From positions 21,102,210 to 21,166,209 of the forward strand of contig NC_134030.1 in the NCBI RefSeq assembly GCF_964204645.1: a DNA stretch of 64,000 bases. The letters run 5' to 3'. Of the stretch, positions 12,265-24,163 are shown in pieces. The notes beneath the pieces were generated by a model. That model did no database searches. It had not been told where the DNA came from and worked only from the letters and a program-made list of their open reading frames with translations. The position numbers were made by a program, and so were the translations under genes. The stretch's first letter is position 1. Every line of letters begins with the position of its first letter. The stretch comes from Tubulanus polymorphus. Its lineage: Eukaryota; Animalia; Nemertea.

Positions 12265-13140
12265 CTGCATTGTGTCGTACTAATATTGTCTGCAGCAATA
12301 CGTGTGTCCACTCAGGTGAATCGCATTATTACATCAACCAAGTAAAAACCAGTGATCAAAAAGAAAAACCAGTGCATCCTGTCTGTAAAACTGGTCGTCC
12401 ACTCTTCACATGTGTTCAGTGCTTCACCTGAGACATTTTAAATTGATAATGAACTATACTAACACCAGATATTAGATATTTTATCCGTACACTTTTGATG
12501 CATACTATGATAGTGGATGTCTTGTGGTTTCCAGGCTACAAATTGATTTATTCTGCCGGTAATTGAAAATCAATCTGCTGTAATTAATGTTTGATTCGTT
12601 GCACTGATTCAGACGGAATCCACGTTTTTTTTTGTATCGCCGTCTACCGATCATTTTTATTCTCTGTTCGTTAATCGGTCTCTCATTTCACTTTCACTGA
12701 CTCACTCAGCCCTCGCGAGGAGCTACGCGCGCCGTCCGGCCGTAGCTGCCGACCGCGAGGGGGTACAGGTTGTCATGGAAATGCAACGCAGAAGCTATTT
12801 GCCAATTTCCTGTCTCGATGATTGACGGCGAGGTGAACGGCAAAATAAACAACCGACTTAGTAGCAATCGGTGCCCGGATTTAACCGGGATTAATTAAAG
12901 CTCGGCCCGGATTTCGGAATAATCTACGGATTGATTTATAGTCGTTGTCGTCGTCGGTTACAGAGCTCGCTGATGATAGCTGCGTACGGGTTTTATAATA
13001 CGGTTAGCGCGCGATTCACTAAATCGTTATTCCGATTCCGTAAAAGTTCTTAAAGAAGGTTTTTCTTTGAAAATAGTGAAGTTCTAAGTATTTTTTTTTA
13101 TTTTAAGTAAATAAATTTTGAAATAATCCTCTTTCACATA

Positions 13141-13302
13141 GCTCTAACCCTATTTCTTAACCTTGCTCAGCTGGGATTTGAACTTGGGACCTTGTGCACG
13201 GCAGCCGCGCGCCTTAACCACTTAAGCCAATGAGCTGAAGTGATTTTCAGGGTTTAATAGTTTGCAATGACCATTAGTCAGGTATGGTGACTATTCGCTA
13301 AC
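13141..13302 (-). mobile_element. tRNA-derived (SINE-like) element, copy 1
   Basis: The minus strand has an A box TGGCTTAAGTGG, a B box GTTCAAATCC and an acceptor-like stem AGCTCA..TGAGC. It is homologous to 52474-52646. Confidence 0.75.
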
Positions 13303-13320
13303 CCGCTCGAACACTCTCTG

Positions 13321-13428
13321 GGTCCGGTTCCACAGTTGTGAGTTAGAGTTGACTCTGAGTTAAAATTAGTTCATTTTCGATTTTTTAACTTTAGAGTCAA
13401 ATTTAACTCAGAACTGTGGAACTGGATC
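13321..13428 (+). mobile_element. PIF/Harbinger-like MITE family C, CTG duplication
   Basis: CTG|GGTCCGGTTCCACAGTTGTGAGTT ... AACTCAGAACTGTGGAACTGGATC|CTG. Confidence 0.88.
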
Positions 13429-14843
13429 CTGATGACTAGAGTTTCTATCACATTCAAAAATCAGGAATTTCTAAGGCTGTTGTTTCAATATTTCCCATTT
13501 GGCAAATTTGAACGAATATAAAGTTCTCGATTCAGTAACAATTCCTGCTCTATTGTGATAAGTGTTGACAGGAACGTTCGTGGGCAGTAGTTTCAAAAGG
13601 AACATTTTCCATCGAAAAAGGCATCTTTATCGCTTAACTTGTACGTTTGAAATCGAGCTAGCTTCTGAATCAGCGATTCTCTATAAAGTCTTTAATTTCT
13701 AGAAAGCTACTTGGCCTGAATTCGCCCTGGGTGTTGAATGTTGTTGAATCATCTCAGAGGTTCTTCTCAAACCCACAGTAGTAGTCGCGCGTATAGCTTG
13801 AGTTATCTTTATGGAAATCTGTGCATGCCTTATCCCTTGTGGGTATCGGCAAATTAGGAAATACCGCGCTGGATATTATTCAAATATCTTATGGAATATT
13901 GGAGTGTAGATTCCCGGGGCTATGTGCGGGACCGCACTCGGGGCTATAGGTCAGGACTCTGTCGGGTTGAAAGCCATGTGTTCATTCATGCAGGATTGCA
14001 GTCAAGGAAATCATTTGATCTTATTCGATATGACTTTATATACAGGACTTTAATAACCATGGTATTCTGCAAGGATACATGCTGGGGCCCACAGCAATCT
14101 TGTGAGAAATCCCGGAAAAAGTCGAAATTGTGCCACTTCGAGACAATTAGCCCTTTGCTAACTTATTAAATAATTTTACCCTAAAATTATTCAGGAGGAT
14201 CCCTATCCCTTGCTGTGTATTCACTCTTGTTTAGTTCCACACGTCAAGATCCCAGTACCATGGTTCTGACCTCAGTTCCACAGTTCAGAACCCAGTTCCG
14301 CAGTCCAGACTTATGTCCAAAATAGATCTTAGATCTTAAGACTGGCCTTAGATTAGGTATAGAACTAAAGATAGTCTTAGCACCAGGTCCACAGTTGGAC
14401 CGGCTTTAATTTGATTACATTATTAAAATTTTACATCGATCAATGAGCTCTTTTCTAATATACGAAATAAACATTTTACCTCATTACAGCAAACAGTAGC
14501 TACACAAATTTAAGTTGATTGAAAATATTAGTAGTTATTACGAGTATGAATTGTACTGTTTTACTGTAAAACCCATGTTCACGATGATTAAACCGCGAAG
14601 TCTTTTGTTTAGCGGCCGGGGACCAGATGTTCGATTCATTACATTCATCCCTGTGTTCAGCGACGTTGCGGCTGAGCTGTTGTTAATTTCGTAAATACAC
14701 ACACCACTGGTCTGCACAACAGTCTCGTATTGAGCTGTGTTATTAGCTGCTGCCGTATGCATTTCCTTTGTGGTAGATGTATGCTCTGCAACGTGCGAGT
14801 TTTACAGCCATTTCTTCATCTACTGCACCAATGAACTTCTCAG

Positions 14844-14950
14844 GATCCAGTTCCGCGGTTCTAAGTTAGAGTTAACTCTGAGTTGAATTTAGTTCATTTC
14901 AATGAGTTATCTCAGAGTCAAGTATTAACTCACAACTGTGGAACTGGGTC
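14844..14950 (+). mobile_element. PIF/Harbinger-like MITE family C, CAG duplication
   Basis: CAG|GATCCAGTTCCGCGGTT ... AACTGTGGAACTGGGTC|CAG. The interior is homologous to 13321-13428. Confidence 0.88.
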
Positions 14951-14954
14951 CAGG

Positions 14955-15462
14955 GCACCAGATAATCTGTTCGTTATAACCGATAGTTCTATATACAGCG
15001 GAACCTCGTTACAACGAACTTCAGGAGACCAGAAAATCTGTTCGTTATAACTGATAGTTTTATATACAGCGGAACCTCGTTACAACGAACTTCAGGAGAC
15101 CAGAAAATCTGTTCGTGATAACCGATAGTTCTATATACAGCGGAACCTCGTTACAACGAACTTCAGGGGACCAGAAAATCTGTTCGCTATAACCGATAGT
15201 TCTATATACAGCGGAACCTCGTTACAACGAACTTCAGGAGACCAGAAAATCTGTTCGTTATAACCGATAGTTCTATATACAGCGGAACCTCGTTACAACG
15301 AACTTCAGGGGACCAGAAAATCTGTTCGCTATAACCGATAGTTCTATATACAGCGGAACCTCGTTACAACGAACTTCAGGAGACCAGAAAATCCGTTCGT
15401 TATAACCGATATTTTTATATACAGCGGAACCTCGTTACAACGAACTTCAGGGCATCAGAAAA
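14955..15462 (+). repeat. 71-bp tandem repeat of a pogo/Tigger-like left terminus (7 copies)
   Basis: Unit CAGCGGAACCTCGTTACAACGAACTTCAGGAGACCAGAAAATCTGTTCGTTATAACCGATAGTTCTATATA, with starts from 14996 to 15422. Confidence 0.92.
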
Positions 15463-15727
15463 ACTAGCGCTAACATTTTGAGCGATGGTTGATTTTTCCC
15501 GTGATATTTCAGTTGTCATAAATCGGCATATTGTCAGCGTTGTTGAGGTTGTTTATGTTCCCCGAGGGCCGCCCGGTAATGCGCTTGTAATTCTTGATCA
15601 GATTATTTCATAAAAATCATTTGGCGCCGCTAGAGTTTTTCGCAATCGGCGCTAATGCGAAGACGGGGGTTCTGATTGGAGAACTGCGAGGAAATGAATT
15701 CCCGCCGAAAAAAACGATTGGATCCAT

Positions 15728-15974
15728 AAGATAAAAACCCACTATCTACGAGAATTTAAAAACAAAATTTTTTTATTCGAACAATCTAAAATATATATAA
15801 TACACGACATTTCGATCTCACCCTAGAGATCATTGTCAGGTTTCACCTGTCGTGTGTTTCATATATTTTAGATTGTTCGAAATTTCCTGTTTTTAAATTC
15901 TTTCAATCTGTAGAGAGTGGGATTCTATCTTATTATCCGTTCACCACGTTTCAGTGTACAGGTTATCGGTCTAT
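15728..15974 (-). mobile_element. Fold-back insertion, probably a Penelope-like element terminal repeat, with a 12-bp target duplication
   Basis: Inverted arms of ~85 bp (15726-15809 / 15848-15933). Flanked by the direct repeat GATTGGATCCAT at 15716 and 15975. The loop has a CTGA..GATCTC/GAGATC..GAAA motif on the minus strand. Confidence 0.7.
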
Positions 15975-16419
15975 GATTGGATCCATTTTCTTGTCGGCTT
16001 TCGCGAGCTCGGAATTCACGCGAAAACTGAGTTCAAGTCGGATCGGTAACTGCTTGAATTAACTATTGTTCCTCGGCGTGAGAAAATGTGTAATAAATTC
16101 GGAAAGATTACGCGAATTCGAATCCTGAGTTCGTTCGTCATCAATCCGCGAGCCCTTTAAAGATCGGGCTCGCCGATGATCTCTCGGCCTCTATACCACA
16201 GCATCGATCGCAGATTAGCTGATCTTTCTATTATGATGGTCGCGTAGGATAAGATTTATACATTTTCACAGCCGCGTGCGATCAATATTGGTCTCTTACC
16301 CTGAGACGTGTATACACACACAGCGCTATACACGCACTACATCACCGAAACTACCTTCACATCGCTATCAGATATACTACCTTTAATCAACACTGAACCC
16401 ACAATTCTGAATCATATCA

Positions 16420-16790
16420 CAGTTTCACAGTTTTGTGGGTCTAATTTGTCTACAAACCCAGTTCCGCAGTTGTGTGGGTTTAATGTGACTGAACCCAGTT
16501 CCACAGTTGTGTGGGTTTAATTTGACTGAACCCAGTTCCACAGTTATGTGGGTTTAATTTGACTCTGAACTCAGTTCCACAGTTGTGTGGGTTAAATTTG
16601 ATTCTGGACCCAGTTCCACAGTTGTGTGGGTTTAATTTGACTCTTAACACAGTTCCACAGTTGTGTGGGTTTAATTTGACTCTGAAACCCAGTTCCACAG
16701 TTTGTAGTGAACCCAGTTCCACAGTTTGTCGTGAACCCAGTTCCACAGTTTGTAGTGAACCCAGTTCCACAGTTTGTCGTGAACCCCTGT
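16420..16790 (+). repeat. 39-bp tandem repeat family C, decaying to a 24-bp unit at the right end
   Basis: CCCAGTTCCACAGTTGTGTGGGTTTAATTTGACTCTGAA units, then CCCAGTTCCACAGTTTGTAGTGAA units. Confidence 0.93.
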
Positions 16791-17242
16791 CGGGACAACT
16801 CCAGTTTTTATAATCAGCCTGTAATTCAATGCGATCTTGCTACTCCTACATTTCACGAATTCGATTATGTCTTTGAGAGGTGGCGTACATCGGCGTAAAT
16901 CTCGACTTGACGCCAAAACCGAATCCGATACCGTTTGATCACCGTTTGTTAAGCGCTACTCGGGGGATAATTCGATCGGACTGGTTAATAGGAAACGGCG
17001 TATAACGACTCGGGATCGAGATTCGATTTGCGACCGAGGTCCGCGCGATTCATCGATACCGAATCTAGCCGTAAAATTGCTATCTTATATTTACTGGTAT
17101 AATAGAATGATTGAATGATCGACATCTCGCGAAACGTCTTAAACGGCATCAGTTCAATAAATGGTGATCTTTGACGCTGTTTTGCTGTTCTACGATCAAA
17201 AGGGACGAGAGAGAGAATGTAGATAGTGTATTGTTGATCGTT

Positions 17243-17973
17243 TTTAATTGAAAATGAACTACAAACACCAGATATTAGACATTTTATCAGAACACTTTCA
17301 AAAACTGATCGTCCACACTTCACATGTGTTCAGTGCTTCACCTGAGACATTTTTAATTGAAAATGAACTACAAACATCAGACATTAGACATTTTATCAGA
17401 ACACTTTCAAAAACTGATCGTCCACACTTCACATGTGTTCAGTGCTTCACCTGAGACATTTTTAATTGAAAATGAACTACAAACACCAGACATTAGACAT
17501 TTTATCAGCTCACTTTCAAACTGATCGTCCACACTTCACATGTGTTCAGTGCTTCACCTGAGACATTTTTAATCGAAAATGAACTACAAACACCAGATAT
17601 TAGACATTTTATCAGCACACTTTCAAAAACTGATCGTCCACACTTCACATGTGTTCAGTGCTTCACCTGAGACATTTTTAATTGAAAATGAACTACAAAC
17701 ACCAGATATTAGACATTTTATCAGCTCACTTTCAAACTGATCGTCCACACTTCACATGTGTTCAGTGCTTCACCTGAGACATTTCTATTTGAAAATGAAC
17801 TACAAACACCAGATATTAGACATTTTATCAGCACACTTTCAAAAACTGATCGTCCACACTTCACATGTGTTCAGTGCTTCACCTGAGACATTTTTGATTG
17901 AAAATGAACTACAAACACCAGACATTAGACATTTTATCAGCGCACTTTCAAAAACTGTTCGTCCACACTTCAG
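17243..17973 (+). repeat. 109-bp family D array (~6.7 copies)
   Basis: Same unit as 25661-27224. Confidence 0.95.
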
Positions 17974-18437
17974 ATGACACTTTCAAATAAGGTGAATGCC
18001 TGAAGGATTCCCAGGCTGTAACAGATTGATATACACATCATTGAACTTAGCTCATATATTCTGACTCACATCTCACATGGCCTTGTGTTAGTTAGTCTGT
18101 GGTCAATCCTAGAGCTGTACCTGCCAGTGTAAATCAGCTACTGGTCAATCAATCTATGTTTACTTACTGGTCAGTATTTACAGCTGTTGTTCTGATAGTC
18201 TAACATGGTTTATTCGTACCTCCGATTTCTAGAATCAACCCCTGGCATGCGTTGGTATCTCCGGTGTACTGGAACCGTGGCAGTTTCTTTACCCTCAGGT
18301 TCATATAGAAACACTTTTCTCGTTTATAACAAAGAGTTTTATAACAAGTAAAATGATTTATTTTTCACAAGCGTTTCGTGTATTTGTTCTGGAAATCTAG
18401 TTTATTTGTATTCAAGGTCGGGTTATCTGAGTCGGTA

Positions 18438-19435
18438 AGAGGGAGTGAGAGAGAGAGAACGGAATGAGAGAGAAGAGAGGGAAAGAAAGGAATATATGTG
18501 AGAAGAGGGGAGGGGGATTAGAGAGAGCTCTGGGAGAGGGAAAGAGGAAAGGGGAGGGAAAAGGGAAGTTTGATGCTGTGAGGGGGAGGGGTATATTAGA
18601 GTATGGAGGACATGGAAGTAAGGCAGCTGAAAGAGATAAGACAGGGGAGAGGGAAGTGGGAGAGGGAAGGAGGGAGAGGAGAGACAGGGAGGGGAGAGAG
18701 GGTGAGAGAGAGATAGGGGAGAGGGAGGGGGAGAGAGGGAGGGAGAGAGAGGGGAGATAGGGGAGAGGGAGGGAGATAGGGGAGAGGGAGGGGGAGAGGG
18801 ATGGAGGGAGAGGAGAGACAGGGAGGGGAGAGAGGGAGAGAGAGAGATAGGGGAGAGGGAGGGGGAGAGAGGGAGGGAGAGAGAGGGGAGATAGGGGAGA
18901 GGGAGGGAGATAGGGGAGAGGGAGGGGGAGAGGGATGGAGGGAGAGGAGAGACAGGGAGGGAGAGAGAGATAGGGGAGAGAGAGAGAGAGATAGGGGAGA
19001 TGGGAGGGGGAGAGAGAGATAGGGGGGAGAGAGAGATAGGGGAGATGGGAGGGGGAGAGAGAGATAGGGGGGAGAGAGAGCGAGAGAGGAGAGAGATAGG
19101 GGGGAGAGATAGGGGGGAGAGAGAGATAGGGGAGAGAGAGATAGGGGAGAGAGAGGGAGGGAGAGAGGAGAGAGATAGGGAAGAGAGAGGGGGAGATAGG
19201 GGGAGAGAGAGATAGGGGAGAGAGAGATAGGGGAGAGAGATAGGGGGAGAGAGAGATAGGGGAGAGAGAGGGAGGGAGAGAGGAGAGAGATAGGGAAGAG
19301 AGAGGGGGAGATAGGGGGAGAGAGAGATAGGGGAGAGAGAGATAGGGGAGAGAGAGGAGAGAGAGGGGGAGATAGGGGAGAGAAATAGGGGGAGAGGGAG
19401 AATGGAGACAGAAGAGAGGGATGAGAGGGAGAGGA
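18438..19435 (+). repeat. ~1-kb polypurine low-complexity tract (GA-rich with recurrent GATAGGGG)
   Basis: Almost purely G/A with periodic T. This tract is the source of the spurious S/L/P-rich ORFs. Confidence 0.95.
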
Positions 19436-20581
19436 TATTTTTCTTCTCCACTAAAGTTGTAACCCATTTTGATCTTCCCTTCTACGCAGCACTGAAAAGA
19501 GAAGAATAATCATTTCCGGGAATTCTACCCGTATGAACGTACGTTCTCACATACAAGTACGTGGTGTATGTCGAGTACACGTACAAGTATTGTTGGGTAT
19601 CACACATTTCTGTATGATGATATATGCGTATGCTTGTATTTTTGTATCTGACGCGTTAAAACGAGATGTTGTTTTATGAAGCCGAGTTTCTTGAATTATT
19701 GCGCGTATCTTTCCCCCTGGCTGCGTCGAAAACTAACGAAAATCGTATTTTTTTTTTTTCAAAACCACCGAAACAGTTCCGATTTAGGAGGAGTCTACTA
19801 TAGTGTATACTGATATGAAAGTGATGCAGACGCTTCCTTGAAATTTTTGAATTTTTCCTGTTAAAACTGCTTATATCCAGGAATGACTGATCTGTATATC
19901 ATAATCTTTGAGCGTCGATGCGCCTGTTTCGCAATTGATTAATTAGGCGGTCGTTAATTGCTAATTAGCGCGTCGCAAATTGTCTTATTGTCATTGGTTG
20001 ATTCGTGCTTTATCTTTTTGTTCCCGTCGGACCGCGACTGACTGACTGACCGATTGACCGATCGCGACTAACCATCAATTAACAACAACAACAAACAGCG
20101 GAAACTTCCTCTCTTTGCCAAATTACCTTTGATTAACGAAGAGAGGGTACCCCTGGGGGGGACGCGCAGGGGGAAGCTCCCCTCGCTTGTTTGCGCTCAT
20201 GCAACACCTAATTAACTCTGATAAGGTCTATTCTTGTTCTGCGCGCTGAATAGGTGTTCGCCGACAACTCTTGTGGTAGCGTCTGTCCCTTCGGTGCGTT
20301 CTTCACTTGTACATCCGGCTAATTTGATTCATTTGGTTGATTCCTTCTAGCTCGCCGCCGGATTCAACCAGGAATCTCGTTCTTGTTTGCGTTGGTTAAC
20401 TGGAGACACCCAGTTATATCTGAGTTCAGTTTCGATCTAACAGTTGAAACTAGTACAACTCAGAGAAACTCTCTTTTTAACTCTCGTTTCTGAATTGTGG
20501 AACTGGTTCTTCCACTGTGGAACTAGTTATGCCACTGTGGAATTGGACCTTGAACTGTGGAACTAGTTCTTGAAATTGGCC

Positions 20582-20868
20582 CGGGCTGAAGAAGCAGCTC
20601 GTGGGCAGAGGGACCAGCTCGTGGGCAGAGGGACCAGCTCATGGGCTGAGGAATCGGCTCTTGGGCTGAGGAACCGGCTCTTGGGCTGAGGAACCAGCTC
20701 TTTGGCTGAGGAACTGGCTCTTGGGCTGAGGAACCAGCTCTTGGGCTAAGGAACCAGCTCTTTGGCAGAGGAACCGGCTCTTGGGCTGATGAACCGGCTC
20801 TTGGGCTGATGAACTGGCTCTTGGACTGATGAACCGGATCTTGGGCTGATGAACCAGCTCATGGGCTG
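20582..20868 (+). repeat. 20-bp tandem repeat (~14 copies)
   Basis: GGGCTGAGGAACCAGCTCTT unit. Confidence 0.93.
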
Positions 20869-21237
20869 TTTAACTTGTCTTTGAGAACCAGCCCCTACAG
20901 TGTTCATTTCTTTACATGAAAAATGAAATCCATCCAAAAAAACCACTAACATCATCATGTTGACTGAGCTGAGCTTCTTTATTGGCGTCATTTCAGGTGT
21001 CGTCGGCCATTTTGTATTTCCGGGACGAGCTCAGTGGTTATTAGTGAATCTAGTAATAAGGAAGTGAGGTAGATCTATCGCTGTACACTGGCAGAGACTG
21101 TGAACACGCTATGATTTATTAGATTTTCTCACTCTCGCGACTAATCGCGAATTCTCAACGAGAATTTCTTGCGTTATTATCGGATCGGTCCATTACGCAA
21201 TTTCAGCCTCGGATTTTTACTTCCATATGCCTCTTAG

Positions 21238-21375
21238 AGAACCTCAATACCTCCTAGACAACCTCACTACCTCCTTCTAAACCTCAATACCTCCTAGACA
21301 ACCTCTCTGTCTCCTTCTAAACCTCAATAACTCCTAGACAACCTCACTACCTCCTTCTAAACCTCACTACTTCCC
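21238..21375 (+). repeat. 20-bp tandem repeat with 40-bp alternation
   Basis: ACCTCAATACCTCCTAGACA and ACCTCACTACCTCCTTCTAA units alternate. Confidence 0.9.
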
Positions 21376-22099
21376 TTCAAATATTTCAACTTTTAAATCG
21401 AGTCACATTTCACGTGTGCATCTGGTGCTAAGCCACAACTGTGGAAATCCACAACTGTGGAAGTGGAGCTGCATCTTAAAAAATCTTGCTCGGCCAAATC
21501 TTGACCCTCAATCGAGGAACTGAGGTGAAAAATTGGGTTGGTAGAATACAGGACAGCAACTCGCGAGGCTTCCCGCTGACTTCAATAACTCCAATCTATA
21601 GCTTTTAAACTCACAGACTTTAATTCTCCTTCACGGGGCAGAATATGAAATTGTGTATTTCTATACAGGGGGAGTGGGGAGGGGGAGGGAGAGGGGGGTG
21701 TTATAGTGAATGTGTAGCGTGCGTCGATGTCTGAATAATCGAGTTAATATAAACTTAGGTTTATTAATAACCGCCGCACCGAGGGGATAAAACTCATTTG
21801 ATTTCTCAGCTGCTGCTGCTGCTGCTGCTGCTATGGCAGACGTCTCCTTCGTCGTTCGTCGACACGCGTTTAAACTGAAACGCACCGTGTAATTGTAGTC
21901 GCCGTGGAAACCAGTTGACGTACTGACGGACGGACAGACTGTTTCCGGTCGTGTGTCCGGGGTTATTTATTCCTGGGGTAATTATTCGAAATGGTGCTGC
22001 CTAATTTAGGGCATCATAGTCCGCCGTTTCGCGTATACGACAGGCTGTATGTCCGCTTGCTAAGTCGACTATAGTCCATTTTGCAATGGATGAGACCTG

Positions 22100-22586
22100 G
22101 GGCCAGTTGCGCAGTCGTGACTTAAGTCCATAAAAAATGGTCTTAAATCTTAAGACTGGTCTCAAGTTGTTAGATCGGCTATATACCTAAGTTGGTCTTA
22201 GACTGGTCCTAAGTCCTAGCCATGTCTTTTCAACTGGACCCAGGAACTCAGTTGCGCATCTACAGGGACTCACCAGTCTATGGCTAGGCCAGGGACTCGA
22301 AGTTCAAAAGTGGTCTTAAACCTTAAGACTGGTCTCAAGTTGTTAGATCGGCTATATAACTAAGTTGGTCTTAGACTGGTCCTAAGTCCTAGCCATGTCT
22401 TTTCAACTGGACCCAGGAACTCAGTTGCGCATCTACAGGGACTCAACAGTCTGTGGCTAGGCCAGGGACTCGAAGTTCAAAAGTGGTCTTAAACCTTAAG
22501 ACCGGTCTCAAGTTGTTAGATTGGTAACAGAACCAAGTTGGTCTAAGACAGGTCTTAAGTCTAAGCCATGTTTTTGCAACAGGCCC
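22100..22586 (+). mobile_element. MITE B tandemly duplicated with flank (173-bp period, ~2.7 copies)
   Basis: Left end CTG|GGGCCAGTTGCGCAG. TAAGAC(T/C)GGTCTCAAG recurs at 22151, 22324 and 22497. Ends in GCAACAGGCCC. Confidence 0.85.
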
Positions 22587-22944
22587 CGTGTTATCCTGGA
22601 TATTTTGCTTGCTTTTGGTGTGCGTGTACCTCGTTTAGGACTTAACATATTCCCAAAAATCGCGGGCAACAACCGAATATGCGATATTATTCCAGTTCTT
22701 GGTAATACCTCATCCTGCGCGAGAATACACAATAATGGTAATAAACGTAATATGAATAATAGTAATAATATCGTAAATTGTGGTCGCGTTGAGTGTCGTC
22801 CGTTCGGTCGCGACTTGTCTCCTCAACCTCTAGAGAGAGAGAGAGATAGACGTACCACGCGACTGCGATGAATTTAATTCCGTTGCCTAGCGACACGACT
22901 ATTTCTCGAGTCGAGTGACAATCTGTTAATTTAGTCGCGTAGAA

Positions 22945-23280
22945 TCAACTGACTGGTTGGCTAACTGGCTGGCTGACTGATCGACTGACTGACTGTCTGG
23001 CTGGCTGGCTGACTGAATGATCGACTGACTGTCTGGCTGGCTGGCTGGCTCGTGTGTCAGCTACGTGGCTGGCTGGCTGACTAGCTGGCTGACTGACTAG
23101 CTAACTGGCTGGCTGATTGACTGGCTTGTGTGTGAGCTGACTGGCTGGCTGGATTGTGTTCGCGCTAACTGGCTAACTGACTGGCCTATCAACCGACAGA
23201 CCGACTACCAACTGACCAGCTGATAGACAGACTGTCCGACTGACCAGCCAACGGACAGCCAGCCAGATTGACTAGCGAGC
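22945..23280. repeat. Degenerate (GACT/GGCT)n tetranucleotide tract followed by an opposite-strand tract
   Basis: CTGG/CTGA units to ~23185, then CAGA/CCAG units. Confidence 0.85.
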
Positions 23281-23930
23281 TTACCGGCTTCTGTGGAACT
23301 GGGTTCAAAATCACACCTGCAACTGAGTGAAACAGTTGTGTAACTGGGTTCCAGAGATTCACTCGTGAGCCGATGACTGAGTAGGAGTTTATCTCGATAG
23401 TCACAGACTGCTGCAACCCCTCGCGAGCGGCGTTCAATAAATAACCGGTCGCGATCGGATTAAAATCATTGATCGATTTATCAGTGACTAACAGACAGAC
23501 AGACAGAGAGAGAGGGGCTTAATTAAAATCACTGCTTTATTGTCGCAATCGGAATAAATCCTGTCTTAATTAATTGAAAGCTATCATTGTGAATTGTTGA
23601 ATTGTTGTCTGTGGCTGTTCAGTCTGGGGTAGATACGAGACTCGCTGCTCGGGGACGGCGAGGCTGCAGTCACTATCAGACCCTCACGTACCCTGTAATG
23701 ATGCAGACGCTTCCTCAAATATGAAATGTTCGCCTTAACGACTCCTTATCTCCAGGAGTGACTGATCTGCGGGGAACCCATCGGTACCTTTTTTAGTTTT
23801 CCTGCCGCAATCGCGCTGAAATTCTGAAAACTGCCTGCATTTACAAATTTAAATCAATCGTTGAAATTTGTTCCGTTTTTTCGAAAAAGGTCAGAAAATC
23901 ATCTATCGATATATCGGACGACCTTTTAAA

Positions 23931-24127
23931 CTTTGGAACTGCTTACCAGATGCAATTAAATCTAGTCATTCTACTGATGTTTTTAAATCGCAACTTAAAA
24001 CCCATTTGTTCACTAAAGCTTTTAACTAATGATGTAAATTGTTTTTTTTTTCTATCTTCATGTTTAAATTGTGTTTTTATATTGTAAAGCCAATGAGCAT
24101 ATTTTATATGGATTTTAGGCTCAATAA

Positions 24128-24162
<35 letters not shown>
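23931..24162 (+). mobile_element. 5'-truncated LINE (L2/CR1 group): ORF2 C-terminus, 3' UTR and (ATT)n tail
   Basis: 23931-24029 translates to LWNCLPDAIKSSHSTDVFKSQLKTHLFTKAFN*, matching the typical LWNxLP...FKxxLKTHLF end of L2/CR1 ORF2. AATAAA and (TTA)n follow. Confidence 0.88.

Positions 24163-24163
<1 letters not shown>

Noticed and set aside
12771-12792. miR-281-like TGTCATGGAAATGC (and miR-2-like TATCACAG at ~46442)
   Set aside because: Only the seed matches, and there is no hairpin precursor.
18412-19467. 351-aa and 342-aa S/L/P-rich ORFs (similar ones at 31568, 50081, 58897 and 61096)
   Set aside because: They are stop-free only because of purine/pyrimidine low complexity.
20997-21068. 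Candidate small exon (TTTCAG|GTGTCG ... GTGAG|GTAGAT)
   Set aside because: The splice signals are weak and the sequence gives no other support. It cannot be called without RNA data.
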